Source of the DNA: Planctomycetota bacterium
Lineage (GTDB): Bacteria > Planctomycetota > B15-G4 > JADJEK01
DNA: 64,000 nt
NCBI GenBank assembly: GCA_044225365.1
Contig: JBGAIQ010000013.1
Coordinates: 32,001-96,000, forward strand
Reading direction: 5' to 3'
How positions within the stretch are numbered: position 1 is the stretch's first letter; each line of letters starts with the position of its first letter. The notes below the pieces were generated by a model that saw only the letters and a list, made by a program, of their open reading frames with translations, was not told where the DNA came from and did no database searches. This document shows, one piece after another, positions 1-10,285 of this stretch. A program made the translations under genes and the position numbers.

Positions 1-990
<990 letters not shown>

Positions 991-997
991 CCCACGA

Positions 998-2731
998 ATG
1001 AGACGGACTGCATCCTCGGTGATCGGCACGGCGCTTCCGCTCGTGCTCAGCTTCTGCGGGCGCTTCGCCGTCGCGCAGGATCAGGATTTCCCCGGTCTCG
1101 CGTCCGTCGTCTCGCGCGATTCGATGCTCTATGTCTCGATCGAGGACCGCGCCAGTTTCGTGCGACGGGCGGACGACACGCGCATTTGCCAGGCCCTCGC
1201 CGAATACGACGACGATGATGTCGGAAAGCTCTTCACCATGCTCGCCGCCGAGAGCTCGATGTTCCTGGCGCCGCCCGTGGTCGAGCTCGCGCGCTTCATC
1301 GTCCGTCACGGGCATGGAGAGTTCGCATTGTCCGTCGAGGGCATGGTCGTCGATCACGATCAGCTCCAGCCCGACATCCTCGCGATCGCGGCGAAGTCCG
1401 GGCTCGAGGACGCCCTGAAGCTGCTCGATCGCTGCGCAGCGGGCGATTCCGACGCGCCCGACGACCTCGAGGACCTCGACCTCCCGATCGACCTCTCGGA
1501 TCTGAAAGTGAGTAGGGCCAAGCTCGACGATGGGTCGTCCTACCTCGACCTCACGCTTCCAGGCCGAGGCCGGATGGCGATCACGGAGAGCGACAACCGG
1601 GTCTGGATCGCATCCAGCGCGCCAACGCTGAAGCGAGGGCTCGAGCGGTCGCGCAACGCATCATTTGGATCGCTGCGCGACAGCCTGCGTTTTCGGGAGC
1701 TGTGGCGCAACCTCGATCCGAGGCCGGGCTCGCTCGTCGGCTACGCCAATCTGCGACGCATTCGCCAGGACGGTGTGCTCGCGGGCAACGTGGCGCCGTG
1801 GGTGACGAGCTTGCTCGATTCGAAGCTCTCGGGATTCGACGGCATCGCTCTCGCGGTCCGCGGAATGGGCGGCAAGTTCTCGGCTCACGTCGAACTCGAA
1901 CGGGGACACACCAGCGGCGACGAGCCGCTCCTCCGCGACAACGAAGTGCTGACGTATCCTGCGAAGCTCCCGGCGAGCCCGTTCGTCGCCGCCTTGCGGC
2001 TCGACGCTCCGGAGATCGCGGTATCGCTACGAAACCTGCTCTTCCTCGGCGGCAATATCCACGCGAGTGAGAGGGTCGAGGAATTCGTGGAGGAATGCGG
2101 AGGGGCGCGGGCGTTCGAACCCCTCGGTCGCGCCATTGGAGGCGAGTTCGACGCGTTCGTCATCGGTGCCGACGAGATCGTGGACCAGCTTCCTCGCCTC
2201 GGCGCGCGCATCGAGTTGCGCGATCGCAAGCTCCTCGAGCACGTCCTCGACGAATTGTCGAAGATCGCGCCGAAGCGCATCCAGAAGGGCGTTCTCGTCG
2301 GCGAAACCGCCTACACCCTCGCGATCACCGGCCCGGCGATCGCAACCGACCCGGTGCTCGTCGTGCGTGACGACGAAGTGATCGTCGCGACCAGCGGCTC
2401 CCACTTGCGAGAGGTGCTCGAAGCCGAGAAGCGGAGCGAGACGACGGGAGCCGCGAAGCGCTTTCTGCGGGCCTTCGACGACCTGGACACCGATTCATCG
2501 GCCCGGTCGGTCGCGCATCTCTTCGTGGATTCGGTCGCGCTGTCGTCGGCGTTCTCCGTGTGGCTGCCTGCTTTCTTCCGTTTCGCGCCGAAGCCCTCGC
2601 GGGCGAACCAGCTGCTGCCCGCGTTGTTCCACCTCCTTGGCGATCCCGACATCCAGGAAGCGATGGATCACATCGTGGTCCGCGCTCAATCGAGACCATC
2701 GGGCGCGCGCATCGATCTCATCGGGCCGTGA
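998..2731 (+). CDS. Exported hypothetical protein (DUF3352-like appearance)
   Basis: Long ORF with ATG at 998, 7 nt after the upstream stop. Signal-peptide-like N-terminus MRRTASSVIGTALPLVLSFCGRFAVA-Q. Family call is tentative. Confidence 0.65.
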   Translation: MRRTASSVIGTALPLVLSFCGRFAVAQDQDFPGLASVVSRDSMLYVSIEDRASFVRRADDTRICQALAEYDDDDVGKLFTMLAAESSMFLAPPVVELARFIVRHGHGEFALSVEGMVVDHDQLQPDILAIAAKSGLEDALKLLDRCAAGDSDAPDDLEDLDLPIDLSDLKVSRAKLDDGSSYLDLTLPGRGRMAITESDNRVWIASSAPTLKRGLERSRNASFGSLRDSLRFRELWRNLDPRPGSLVGYANLRRIRQDGVLAGNVAPWVTSLLDSKLSGFDGIALAVRGMGGKFSAHVELERGHTSGDEPLLRDNEVLTYPAKLPASPFVAALRLDAPEIAVSLRNLLFLGGNIHASERVEEFVEECGGARAFEPLGRAIGGEFDAFVIGADEIVDQLPRLGARIELRDRKLLEHVLDELSKIAPKRIQKGVLVGETAYTLAITGPAIATDPVLVVRDDEVIVATSGSHLREVLEAEKRSETTGAAKRFLRAFDDLDTDSSARSVAHLFVDSVALSSAFSVWLPAFFRFAPKPSRANQLLPALFHLLGDPDIQEAMDHIVVRAQSRPSGARIDLIGP

Positions 2732-2904
2732 GCGGGCGCATCGGGACCGACGGCCCGCGCGACAAAAAACACCATCGCACGGAATTTGCGGCGACTGCGA
2801 CGCTATTCTTTCGCGCCATCGAGAGGCAGCGGTCGGGGCGTCCTGGATCTTGGTCGATCCGATCCGATCGCACAGTTCATCGTTCCTGAAGGAACGCATT
2901 TCCC

Positions 2905-4254
2905 ATGGTCACGCGAGGAAGCGGCCCTACGGCCGCGATACCGACCGCCGGCAACACCGACGAGGTGGGGGAGCCGCGCGGAGAAGATCCGGACCCGTCA
3001 TCTACGAACCGCATCGCGCAGCTGAAGCCGGTCGTCCCGGCTGCGCGGGCGGGCCACAAGAAATCGAACGGTTCGACGTCGCTAGCGCTCCCCCGCGCAC
3101 GAGCCCAAGTCTCGTCCGCGGGGTTCGTCGTAGGCGACGCGACCCGCGCCTGGCGCGACCGCTTGTTCCCCGATGTCTCGGATGATGATTGGAACGATTG
3201 GAAGTGGCAGCTTCGCAATCGCACCCGCGGGATGAAGGAACTGCTCCGCCAGATGAACCTGACGGACGACGAGAAGGCCACTGTCGAGCAGCTCGGTGAT
3301 CGCTTGCCGGTCGGCATCACCCCGTACTACATGTCGCGCATGGATCCCTTGGATCCGTCCGACCCGCTGCGGCGAACGATGGTCCCGATCTCCGGCGAGT
3401 TCAAGAACTCGCCCGGCGAACTCGAGGACCCGCTCGGCGAAGATCACGACATGCCGGTCCCGGGTCTCGTCCATCGTTATCCCGATCGCGTGCTCTTCCT
3501 GATCACGAGTTTCTGCGCCACGTACTGTCGCTACTGCACGCGGTCGCGTCTCGTCGGCAAGACAGGCGAGTACCACTTCGGCAACGATCAGTACGAGAAG
3601 GCGATCGACTACATCGCGAGGACACCCGCGATCCGCGACGTCCTGATCTCCGGCGGCGACCCCCTCACGATGCCCGACGAGCGCATCGAGTGGCTCCTGA
3701 AGCGGCTGCGCGCGATCCCGCATGTCGAATTCCTGCGGATCGGCACCAAGGTGCCCGCGGTATTGCCGCAGCGCATTACGCCGGCGCTCACGCGAATGCT
3801 GAAGCGGTATCACCCGCTGTGGATGAGCATCCACGTCATGCATCCGAACGAGCTCACTCCCGAGGTCGGTCAGGCCTGTGCGCGACTCGCCGATGCGGGC
3901 ATCCCGCTCGGCAGTCAGACCGTGCTCGTGAAGGACGTCAACGACGACGTCGACACGATGAAGCGGCTGATGCACGGGCTCCTGCGCTTCCGGGTGCGCC
4001 CGTACTACATCTATCAGGCCGATCCCATCCCGGGATCGAGCCACTTCAAGGTGCCGGTGGAGAAGGGCCTCGAGATCATCGAGGGCCTCCGCGGTCACAC
4101 GACGGGCTACGCGGTGCCGACCTACGTCATCGATGCTCCGGGCGGAGGCGGCAAGATCCCGCTGATGCCGAACTACGTGGTCGGTCGCGACGAAGCGGGA
4201 AACGTGATCTTGCGCAACTACGCGCAGAAGCAGTACACGTACCCCGACGCCTGA
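2905..4254 (+). CDS. kamA: KamA-family radical SAM enzyme (lysine 2,3-aminomutase-like)
   Basis: WNDWKWQL, GLVHRYPDRVL, CxxxCxxC motif CATYCRYC, SGGDPL, PLP lysine in DAPGGGGKIP. Confidence 0.92.
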   Translation: MVTRGSGPTAAIPTAGNTDEVGEPRGEDPDPSSTNRIAQLKPVVPAARAGHKKSNGSTSLALPRARAQVSSAGFVVGDATRAWRDRLFPDVSDDDWNDWKWQLRNRTRGMKELLRQMNLTDDEKATVEQLGDRLPVGITPYYMSRMDPLDPSDPLRRTMVPISGEFKNSPGELEDPLGEDHDMPVPGLVHRYPDRVLFLITSFCATYCRYCTRSRLVGKTGEYHFGNDQYEKAIDYIARTPAIRDVLISGGDPLTMPDERIEWLLKRLRAIPHVEFLRIGTKVPAVLPQRITPALTRMLKRYHPLWMSIHVMHPNELTPEVGQACARLADAGIPLGSQTVLVKDVNDDVDTMKRLMHGLLRFRVRPYYIYQADPIPGSSHFKVPVEKGLEIIEGLRGHTTGYAVPTYVIDAPGGGGKIPLMPNYVVGRDEAGNVILRNYAQKQYTYPDA

Positions 4255-4306
4255 TCCTCGTTCGAGCCCTGCTTCGCGACGCGGGCGCAGCCTCGTTGGA
4301 AACACC

Positions 4307-5296
4307 ATGCGCGTTGGACTCACCTACGACCTTCGAGATGACTACCTCGCGCTCGGCTTCGACGAGGAGATGGTGGCCGAATGCGATCGACGCGACACGA
4401 TCGATGCCCTCGCGGGCGCGATCGAAGCCGCGGACCACGAAGTCGATCGCATCGGCAACGTCTACGCACTCGTGAAGCGCCTCGCGGCGGGCGATCGTTG
4501 GGATCTCGTCTTCAACATCGCGGAAGGCCTCTACGGATTCGGCCGCGAGTCCGCGATTCCCGCGTTGCTCGACGCCTACCAGATCCCGCAGGTCTTCTCC
4601 GACGCGCTCGTCTGCGCCGTCACATTGCACAAGGCGACCGCGAAGCAGATCCTGCGCGATTCGGGTTTGCCCACTCCCGAGTTCTTCCTCGTGCAGACGA
4701 AAGCGGACATCGCGAGGGTCGATCTCCCGGGCGTGCTCTTCGCCAAACCGGTCGCGGAAGGTACGAGCAAGGGCATCGACGCCAAGGCGCGGATCTCGAA
4801 TCGGCGCGAGCTCGAGGACGTTTGTGAACGGCTCCTCGAGCGCTTCAAGCAACCCGTGCTCGTGGAACGCTTCCTTCCGGGGCGCGAGGTCACGGTCGGC
4901 GTGCTCGGTACCGGCAATGAAGCGCGCGCCGTCGCCACGCTCGAGGTGCTCCTCAAGGCCACCGCCGAACCGATGGTCTACACCTACAAGAACAAGGAAG
5001 AGTGCGAGAAGTACGTCGAGTACCGCATCATCCACGACGAGTTCGCGAAGCGCTGCGAGGACCTCGCGGTGAAGGCGTGGCGCACGCTGAATTGCCGCGA
5101 TGGCGGTCGCGTCGATCTGCGCGCCAACGAAGCGGGCGAGCCGGAGATCCTCGAGCTGAATCCGCTACCGGGAATGCACCCCGAGCATTCGGACCTGCCG
5201 ATCCTGTCGGGCCTTGCCGGGATGAGCTACCCAAAGCTCGTGCGCGAGATCGTCCAGTCCGCGCTCGCACGCGTGAAGCGCCCGCAACCAAGATGA
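4307..5296 (+). CDS. D-Ala-D-Ala ligase-like ATP-grasp enzyme (copy 1)
   Basis: VFNIAEG, KPVAEGTSKGI, VLVERFLPGREVTVG, GRVDLR, ELNPLPG. Confidence 0.88.
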   Translation: MRVGLTYDLRDDYLALGFDEEMVAECDRRDTIDALAGAIEAADHEVDRIGNVYALVKRLAAGDRWDLVFNIAEGLYGFGRESAIPALLDAYQIPQVFSDALVCAVTLHKATAKQILRDSGLPTPEFFLVQTKADIARVDLPGVLFAKPVAEGTSKGIDAKARISNRRELEDVCERLLERFKQPVLVERFLPGREVTVGVLGTGNEARAVATLEVLLKATAEPMVYTYKNKEECEKYVEYRIIHDEFAKRCEDLAVKAWRTLNCRDGGRVDLRANEAGEPEILELNPLPGMHPEHSDLPILSGLAGMSYPKLVREIVQSALARVKRPQPR

Positions 5297-6327
5297 CGGC
5301 GGCGAACGCCAAGGGTCTCGTCGTCGTCCTCCTCGAGCGTCTGCCGCCGAACGCGCGCACCGACGAGTCCGATTCGCTCGCGCAGGCGAGCCTCGTCGAG
5401 TCGGCGCTGCGAACGCTCGGCTACGAGACCGCGCGCGTCCACATCGATCTCGATCTCGGCGCGGCGGCGAGTTCGATCACGAGCCTCGCGCCCGACTGCG
5501 TCTTCAATCTCGCCGAGTCCGTCGGACGGACCGGGCGATTCGCGCATCTCCCGACGGGGTTGCTCGAGTCGCTCGGAATCCCCTTCACGGGTAGCCACGA
5601 CGCGGCGATGTACGTGACTTCGAACAAGCCGTTGTTCAAGAAGATGGCGGACCTCCTCGGATTTCCGACTCCGCTCGCGTATTCGATCGAAGAGCTGCGA
5701 GGAGGCGTGGAGGTCGAGGCGGGCGATTACATCGTGAAGTCCGCGTTCGAGGAGGGATCGGTCGGTCTCGACGAAGACTCCGTCGTCACCGTGAAGGACA
5801 CGAAAGAACTCGAGAACGCAATCACGAGTCGCTTGTCTCGGATCGGCGGAGCAGGCTTCGCCGAGCGCTACATCGATGGCCGGGAGTTCAACCTCGGGCT
5901 GCTCTCGAAGCACGGGGGCGTGGTCGCGCTGCCGCCAGCGGAGATCGTTTTCCAGGACTACCCGACCTCGAAGCGAAAGGTCGTCGGATACACGGCGAAG
6001 TGGGATGAATCCTCCTTCGAGTACAAGAACACTCCGCGCACATTCGAATTCGCCAAAGCCGACGAGCGATTGCTGCAGGACATGAAACGGATGGCGACCG
6101 CTTGCTGGGCCGCGTTCGACCTGCGGGGCTACGCTCGCGTCGATTTCCGCGTCGACGCGGCGGGCAGTCCATGGATCCTCGAGATCAATGCGAACCCGTG
6201 TCTCTCCGAGGACGCCGGCTTCATGGCCGCATGCGTGCACATGGGTCTCTCCGTGCGTGATGTCGTCGAACGAATCGTCGATGCCGCGCTCGAACGAGCC
6301 CCGATGCAACGCGAGGTGAGACCGTGA
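5293..6327 (+). CDS. D-Ala-D-Ala ligase-like ATP-grasp enzyme (copy 2)
   Basis: ATGA overlap with the upstream gene. VFNLAES, IPFTGS, ERYIDGREFN, YARVDFRVD, EINANP. Confidence 0.88.
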   Translation: MTAANAKGLVVVLLERLPPNARTDESDSLAQASLVESALRTLGYETARVHIDLDLGAAASSITSLAPDCVFNLAESVGRTGRFAHLPTGLLESLGIPFTGSHDAAMYVTSNKPLFKKMADLLGFPTPLAYSIEELRGGVEVEAGDYIVKSAFEEGSVGLDEDSVVTVKDTKELENAITSRLSRIGGAGFAERYIDGREFNLGLLSKHGGVVALPPAEIVFQDYPTSKRKVVGYTAKWDESSFEYKNTPRTFEFAKADERLLQDMKRMATACWAAFDLRGYARVDFRVDAAGSPWILEINANPCLSEDAGFMAACVHMGLSVRDVVERIVDAALERAPMQREVRP

Positions 6328-6821
6328 CGGGCGAGTCGTGCGACCGCTTCCGAACCGAGCCGCGTCGCAGCGACGCCGTCGCGGTCCACGCGCTCATCGC
6401 CCGCACCGGGTTCTTCAATCCCGAAGAAGTCCGCATCGCGCAGGAACTCGTCGACGAACGACTGGAGCGCGGCGTAGCGAGCGGGTACGAGTTCCTCTTC
6501 GCCGATGACGAGAGCGGGAATCCGATCGGCTACACGTGCTACGGGAAGATCGATGGCACGGCGAGCAGCTACGACCTGTACTGGATCGCGGTGGCCCCGA
6601 GCAGCCAGCGCACGGGCCTGGGGCGCCGACTCCTCGCTGAGAGCGAACGCCTCATCGCACTCCGCGGTGGGCGACGCATCTACGTCGAGACGTCGAGTCG
6701 CGATCAATATCATCCGACTCGCGCGTTCTACGAGCGCTGCGGGTACCGGATGGAAGCCGTGCTGCCCGACTTCTACGCCGATGGCGATGGCAAGGTGATC
6801 TACTGCCGCGAAGTGTTCTGA
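6324..6821 (+). CDS. GNAT-family N-acetyltransferase
   Basis: GTGA overlap. LYWIAV..QRTGLGRRLL acetyl-CoA motif A, RAFYERCGY motif B. Confidence 0.9.
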   Translation: MTGESCDRFRTEPRRSDAVAVHALIARTGFFNPEEVRIAQELVDERLERGVASGYEFLFADDESGNPIGYTCYGKIDGTASSYDLYWIAVAPSSQRTGLGRRLLAESERLIALRGGRRIYVETSSRDQYHPTRAFYERCGYRMEAVLPDFYADGDGKVIYCREVF

Positions 6822-6834
6822 GCGATCGTCCGGG

Positions 6835-8532
6835 TCAGTTCGCGACGCCGTGGATGCCGTTCGTCAGCGCCATGTGGTTTCGTGACAAAGGTGTCCCGAT
6901 GGTCGCTGCTTGCATGTAGAAATCGGTGAGCGCCGGAATGCCGGCGGGCCACGTGCTCGTGATCGTTGCCTTGCCCGTAGCGTCGAGTGGAATCGTGAAC
7001 GCGGTTCCGGGGGAATTGAGATCGGGGATGAACCACGTGCCGGCGGCGGGCAGGCTCTGGTGACCCGCGTTGACGAACCACATCGAGAGTGCGCCGGGCA
7101 ATCCGCCCTTCATCGTCACCGTGACGGTCGACCCGGCCGTCAGCGGGCCGCTTGCCGCGAGGCGCGGTGGATCGATGACGGTCGAAGTCGGATTGCCGGT
7201 CTGGCTCCACCGCGACGTGGCGAGAGATGCGAGGTAGATCGCACCAACCTCGGATCCGCCGTCGTCATCGTGATCGGCGCCGACGGCGAGTTCGGGAATC
7301 CCGTCGCCATCGATGTCGCCGAGGAAGCACGTCGCCTGCCCGAATCGATCGTCGTTGTCGAGAGGACCGAAGCCGCCCAGGTTGTTCCCGATCTTGCAGT
7401 GACCGTTCACCGTGCCGTCGTGCTGCAGGAAGAGGATGTAGACCGCGCCGCGATTGGACCCTCCGGTGTCGTCCGCGATCGTCCCCACGGCAAGGTCCTG
7501 GATGCCGTCGCCGTTCATGTCGGGGAGCGCGGCGACCGACGAACCGAAGCTGTCGTCCGTCGAGATCGGTCCCTGGAAGTTCGCCGAGACGTCCGTGATC
7601 TTGGTGTACGACTTGACGTAGCCGTCGGTCTGCATGAAGAGGATCCACACGCAGCCGTTGCCTTGTCCGCCGTCGTTGTCGAGGAACGAACTCACGGCGA
7701 CATCGGTGACGCCGTCGCCGTCGAGGTCGCCGATATTCGTCGACGCGTATCCGAAGCGGTCCTGATGATCGAGGATCGTGAAGAACCCGCCCTGACCCAT
7801 CGTGATCTTCTGGCTCGCCTTCACCGTGCCGTCGGACTTCATGAACAGCGTGAAGCAGGATCCGGCGAGATACGCCGCGTCGTTGTCGTAGATCGCGCCC
7901 GCGAGCAGGTCGTTGACGCCGTCGCCATCGAGATCGCCGAGGTTCGTGAGCGAAGTGCCGAACCGGTTCTCGTTCTGCAGGACGTCGGGGAGTCCGCCCT
8001 GACCCATCGTGATCTTCTGATTCGCCTTCACGGTGCCGTCCTTCTTCATGAACAGGACGTAGATCGCACCGTTGTCGAAGAGGCCTCCAGAATCGTCGAG
8101 CCATGAACCGACGGCGAGGTCGATGACGCCATCGCCATCGAGATCGCCCATGTTGCACACCGACCAGCCAAACATGTCGAGCGGGTTCAGCGTGACGTTG
8201 AAGCCGGCGTGATTGCTGCCGATCTTCGAGTACGACTTCACGCTGCCGTCGTGCTTCAGGAACAAGATGTAGAGAGCGCCGGAGTAGGGTACGAATTCGC
8301 TGTCGACGTAGGAGCCGACCGCGATGTCCTGATTCCCGTCTCCATCGAGGTCGCCGAGCTTCGCGACCGAGACTCCGAAGAGGCCGGGCGACGACAAGGT
8401 GGCGGTGAGCCCGCCTTGCGTGGCGCTGATCTTGCGCTGAGATAGAACGGTCCCGGCGAGATTCTGCGCAAGCGCCGACGAGGCGAACGCGGTCATCACG
8501 GCGACCGCGAGCAAGTTCTTTACGATCGACAC
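6835..8532 (-). CDS. Secreted FG-GAP (integrin-alpha-like) beta-propeller protein with a ~125-aa C-terminal domain
   Basis: Signal peptide ending SSALA-Q. Six repeats of FG.S...GDLDGDG..D[LIV]AVG.....GA[IV]Y[IV]LF. Confidence 0.9.
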   Translation of the reverse strand: MSIVKNLLAVAVMTAFASSALAQNLAGTVLSQRKISATQGGLTATLSSPGLFGVSVAKLGDLDGDGNQDIAVGSYVDSEFVPYSGALYILFLKHDGSVKSYSKIGSNHAGFNVTLNPLDMFGWSVCNMGDLDGDGVIDLAVGSWLDDSGGLFDNGAIYVLFMKKDGTVKANQKITMGQGGLPDVLQNENRFGTSLTNLGDLDGDGVNDLLAGAIYDNDAAYLAGSCFTLFMKSDGTVKASQKITMGQGGFFTILDHQDRFGYASTNIGDLDGDGVTDVAVSSFLDNDGGQGNGCVWILFMQTDGYVKSYTKITDVSANFQGPISTDDSFGSSVAALPDMNGDGIQDLAVGTIADDTGGSNRGAVYILFLQHDGTVNGHCKIGNNLGGFGPLDNDDRFGQATCFLGDIDGDGIPELAVGADHDDDGGSEVGAIYLASLATSRWSQTGNPTSTVIDPPRLAASGPLTAGSTVTVTMKGGLPGALSMWFVNAGHQSLPAAGTWFIPDLNSPGTAFTIPLDATGKATITSTWPAGIPALTDFYMQAATIGTPLSRNHMALTNGIHGVAN

Positions 8533-8886
8533 GATTCACTCCAGACGGTCGGGGGATCAGGACGTGAGGCGAGAGAAGAGAACTCGCCCATCCCTGTTCC
8601 GAGTTCGGGCCCGGAACACTCTCTTCGCAACCTATTCTGCCCGAAAGAACGTAGACGTGTGAACCACGCTCGCAAAAAGACCGCCAATCCTCGGTGAATC
8701 GTCGGTGAATCGGCGCGGGGTCGCTCGGGTCTCGTTACCGGACAGGGCCGTGGTGAATAACGAGCACCCAGCGGATCGATTGTAGAAAGCGGCGAAGTCC
8801 CGCCGGACGAAGCGAACCTCCTTCGCTCGACTTGCGTCGAATCCGTCACCCACCCGCCTGTGATTGCCTGCCCGGGAGCCGTTGCC

Positions 8887-10254
8887 ATGGCTGTCGTCTG
8901 GAACGCGGAGAACGCAGCTCACCTGCTGCGTCGCGCGACGTTTGGTGCTCGCCCCAAGGATGTCGACAAAGCGCTGAAGAAGGGATTCGACGCCACGATC
9001 GAAGGACTGTTCAAGAAGGCCGAACCGGACACGTTCGGCAAGTTCAGCGACGTCTACCTCGATGGCATCCAGGCCTGGTGGCTGCGTCGGATGCTGAAAA
9101 CGAAGGCGCCGCTCACCGAGAAGCTGACGCTCCTGTGGCACAACCACTTCGCGACCGGCTTCCACAAGATCGAGAACGCGCGCTTCATGCACCTCCAGAA
9201 CCAGGTGCTGCGCAAGAACGCTCTCGGCAACTTCCAGAAACTCGTTCTCGAGGTCAGCAAGTCCGCGGCGATGCTGATCTGGCTCGACGGCGAGACCAAC
9301 ATCGCGTCCGATCCGAACGAGAACTTCGCGCGCGAGCTGCAGGAGCTGTTCACCACGGGCGTGCTGAACAAGAGCGGGGCGCCGAACTACACCGAGAACG
9401 ACGTCGTCGAGGCCGCGCGCGCGTTCACGGGGTGGGGGTACACCTACCCGAAGGGCAAGTTCGAGTACCACGACTACGACCACGACTTCGATCCGAAGAC
9501 GTTCAAGGGCCAGACCTCGAACTTCGCGGGTGAGGACATCGTCGCCCTGCTCGCCGTCGATCCCGCGACCGCGCGACGAGTCGCGTGGCGACTATGGAAC
9601 GAGTTCGCGTATCCCGTCGCGCTCGACGATGCGGTGCTCGACCCGCTCGAGCAGGCCTATCTCGCGAACGGGACGGAGCTGCGGCCCGTCGTGGAGCTGA
9701 TGTTCCGCAGCGACGCGTTCTATTCGTCGACGGCGAAGTATGCCCACGTGAAGAGTCCGTGCGAGTGGCTCGTCGGCACCATGCGGCTCCTCGGCGGGAA
9801 GTTCAGCGACAAGCACGATTGGATGGACTACGACCTCGCCTACGCCGTCGATTTCCTCGGGCAGGCGATCTTCGATCCACCGTCCGTCTTCGGCTGGAAG
9901 GAGAACCTCGCGTGGACTTCGTCCAACGGGGTGTTCTCCCGTCTGCAGTACAGCGACGAGGTCGCGACCTCGCGCAAGCAGGACCAGCCGCTGTTCCTAT
10001 GGCAGCCGACGAAGGTGCTACCGCCGAAGTCGCAGTGGTCGACGCTCTCCGCAGTCGACACCGTGAATTGGTTCCTCACGTTGCTCGGTCCCGTGAACGC
10101 GGCGCAATCGACGATCGATGCCCTCGTCACCTATCTCGAGACCGATTCGACGGGATCGCCGACCACGTTCGCGCTCGACGACGAGAGCGTCGATTCGAAG
10201 ATCCGCGGACTCGTCGCGCTCATTCTGTCGTCGCCCGAGTATCAGCTCGCCTGA
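8887..10254 (+). CDS. DUF1800 family protein
   Basis: AAHLLRRATFG, EKLTLLWHNHFAT, PNENFARELQELFT.G, AARAFTGW, PPSVFGW, terminal SPEYQL. Confidence 0.9.
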   Translation: MAVVWNAENAAHLLRRATFGARPKDVDKALKKGFDATIEGLFKKAEPDTFGKFSDVYLDGIQAWWLRRMLKTKAPLTEKLTLLWHNHFATGFHKIENARFMHLQNQVLRKNALGNFQKLVLEVSKSAAMLIWLDGETNIASDPNENFARELQELFTTGVLNKSGAPNYTENDVVEAARAFTGWGYTYPKGKFEYHDYDHDFDPKTFKGQTSNFAGEDIVALLAVDPATARRVAWRLWNEFAYPVALDDAVLDPLEQAYLANGTELRPVVELMFRSDAFYSSTAKYAHVKSPCEWLVGTMRLLGGKFSDKHDWMDYDLAYAVDFLGQAIFDPPSVFGWKENLAWTSSNGVFSRLQYSDEVATSRKQDQPLFLWQPTKVLPPKSQWSTLSAVDTVNWFLTLLGPVNAAQSTIDALVTYLETDSTGSPTTFALDDESVDSKIRGLVALILSSPEYQLA

Positions 10255-10285
10255 TTGGCACCGAGAAACAGCAAGGATTCCATCG

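Noticed and set aside
2905-4254. KamA homolog as EpmB (EF-P modification)
   Set aside because: No efp or epmA nearby. Length and motifs fit the longer KamA type, and the context is ATP-grasp and GNAT genes.
4307-6327. ATP-grasp genes as housekeeping ddl or van-type resistance ligases
   Set aside because: They lack the GG.S.E N-terminal motif, are not in a mur/dcw cluster, and have no vanH or vanX neighbours.
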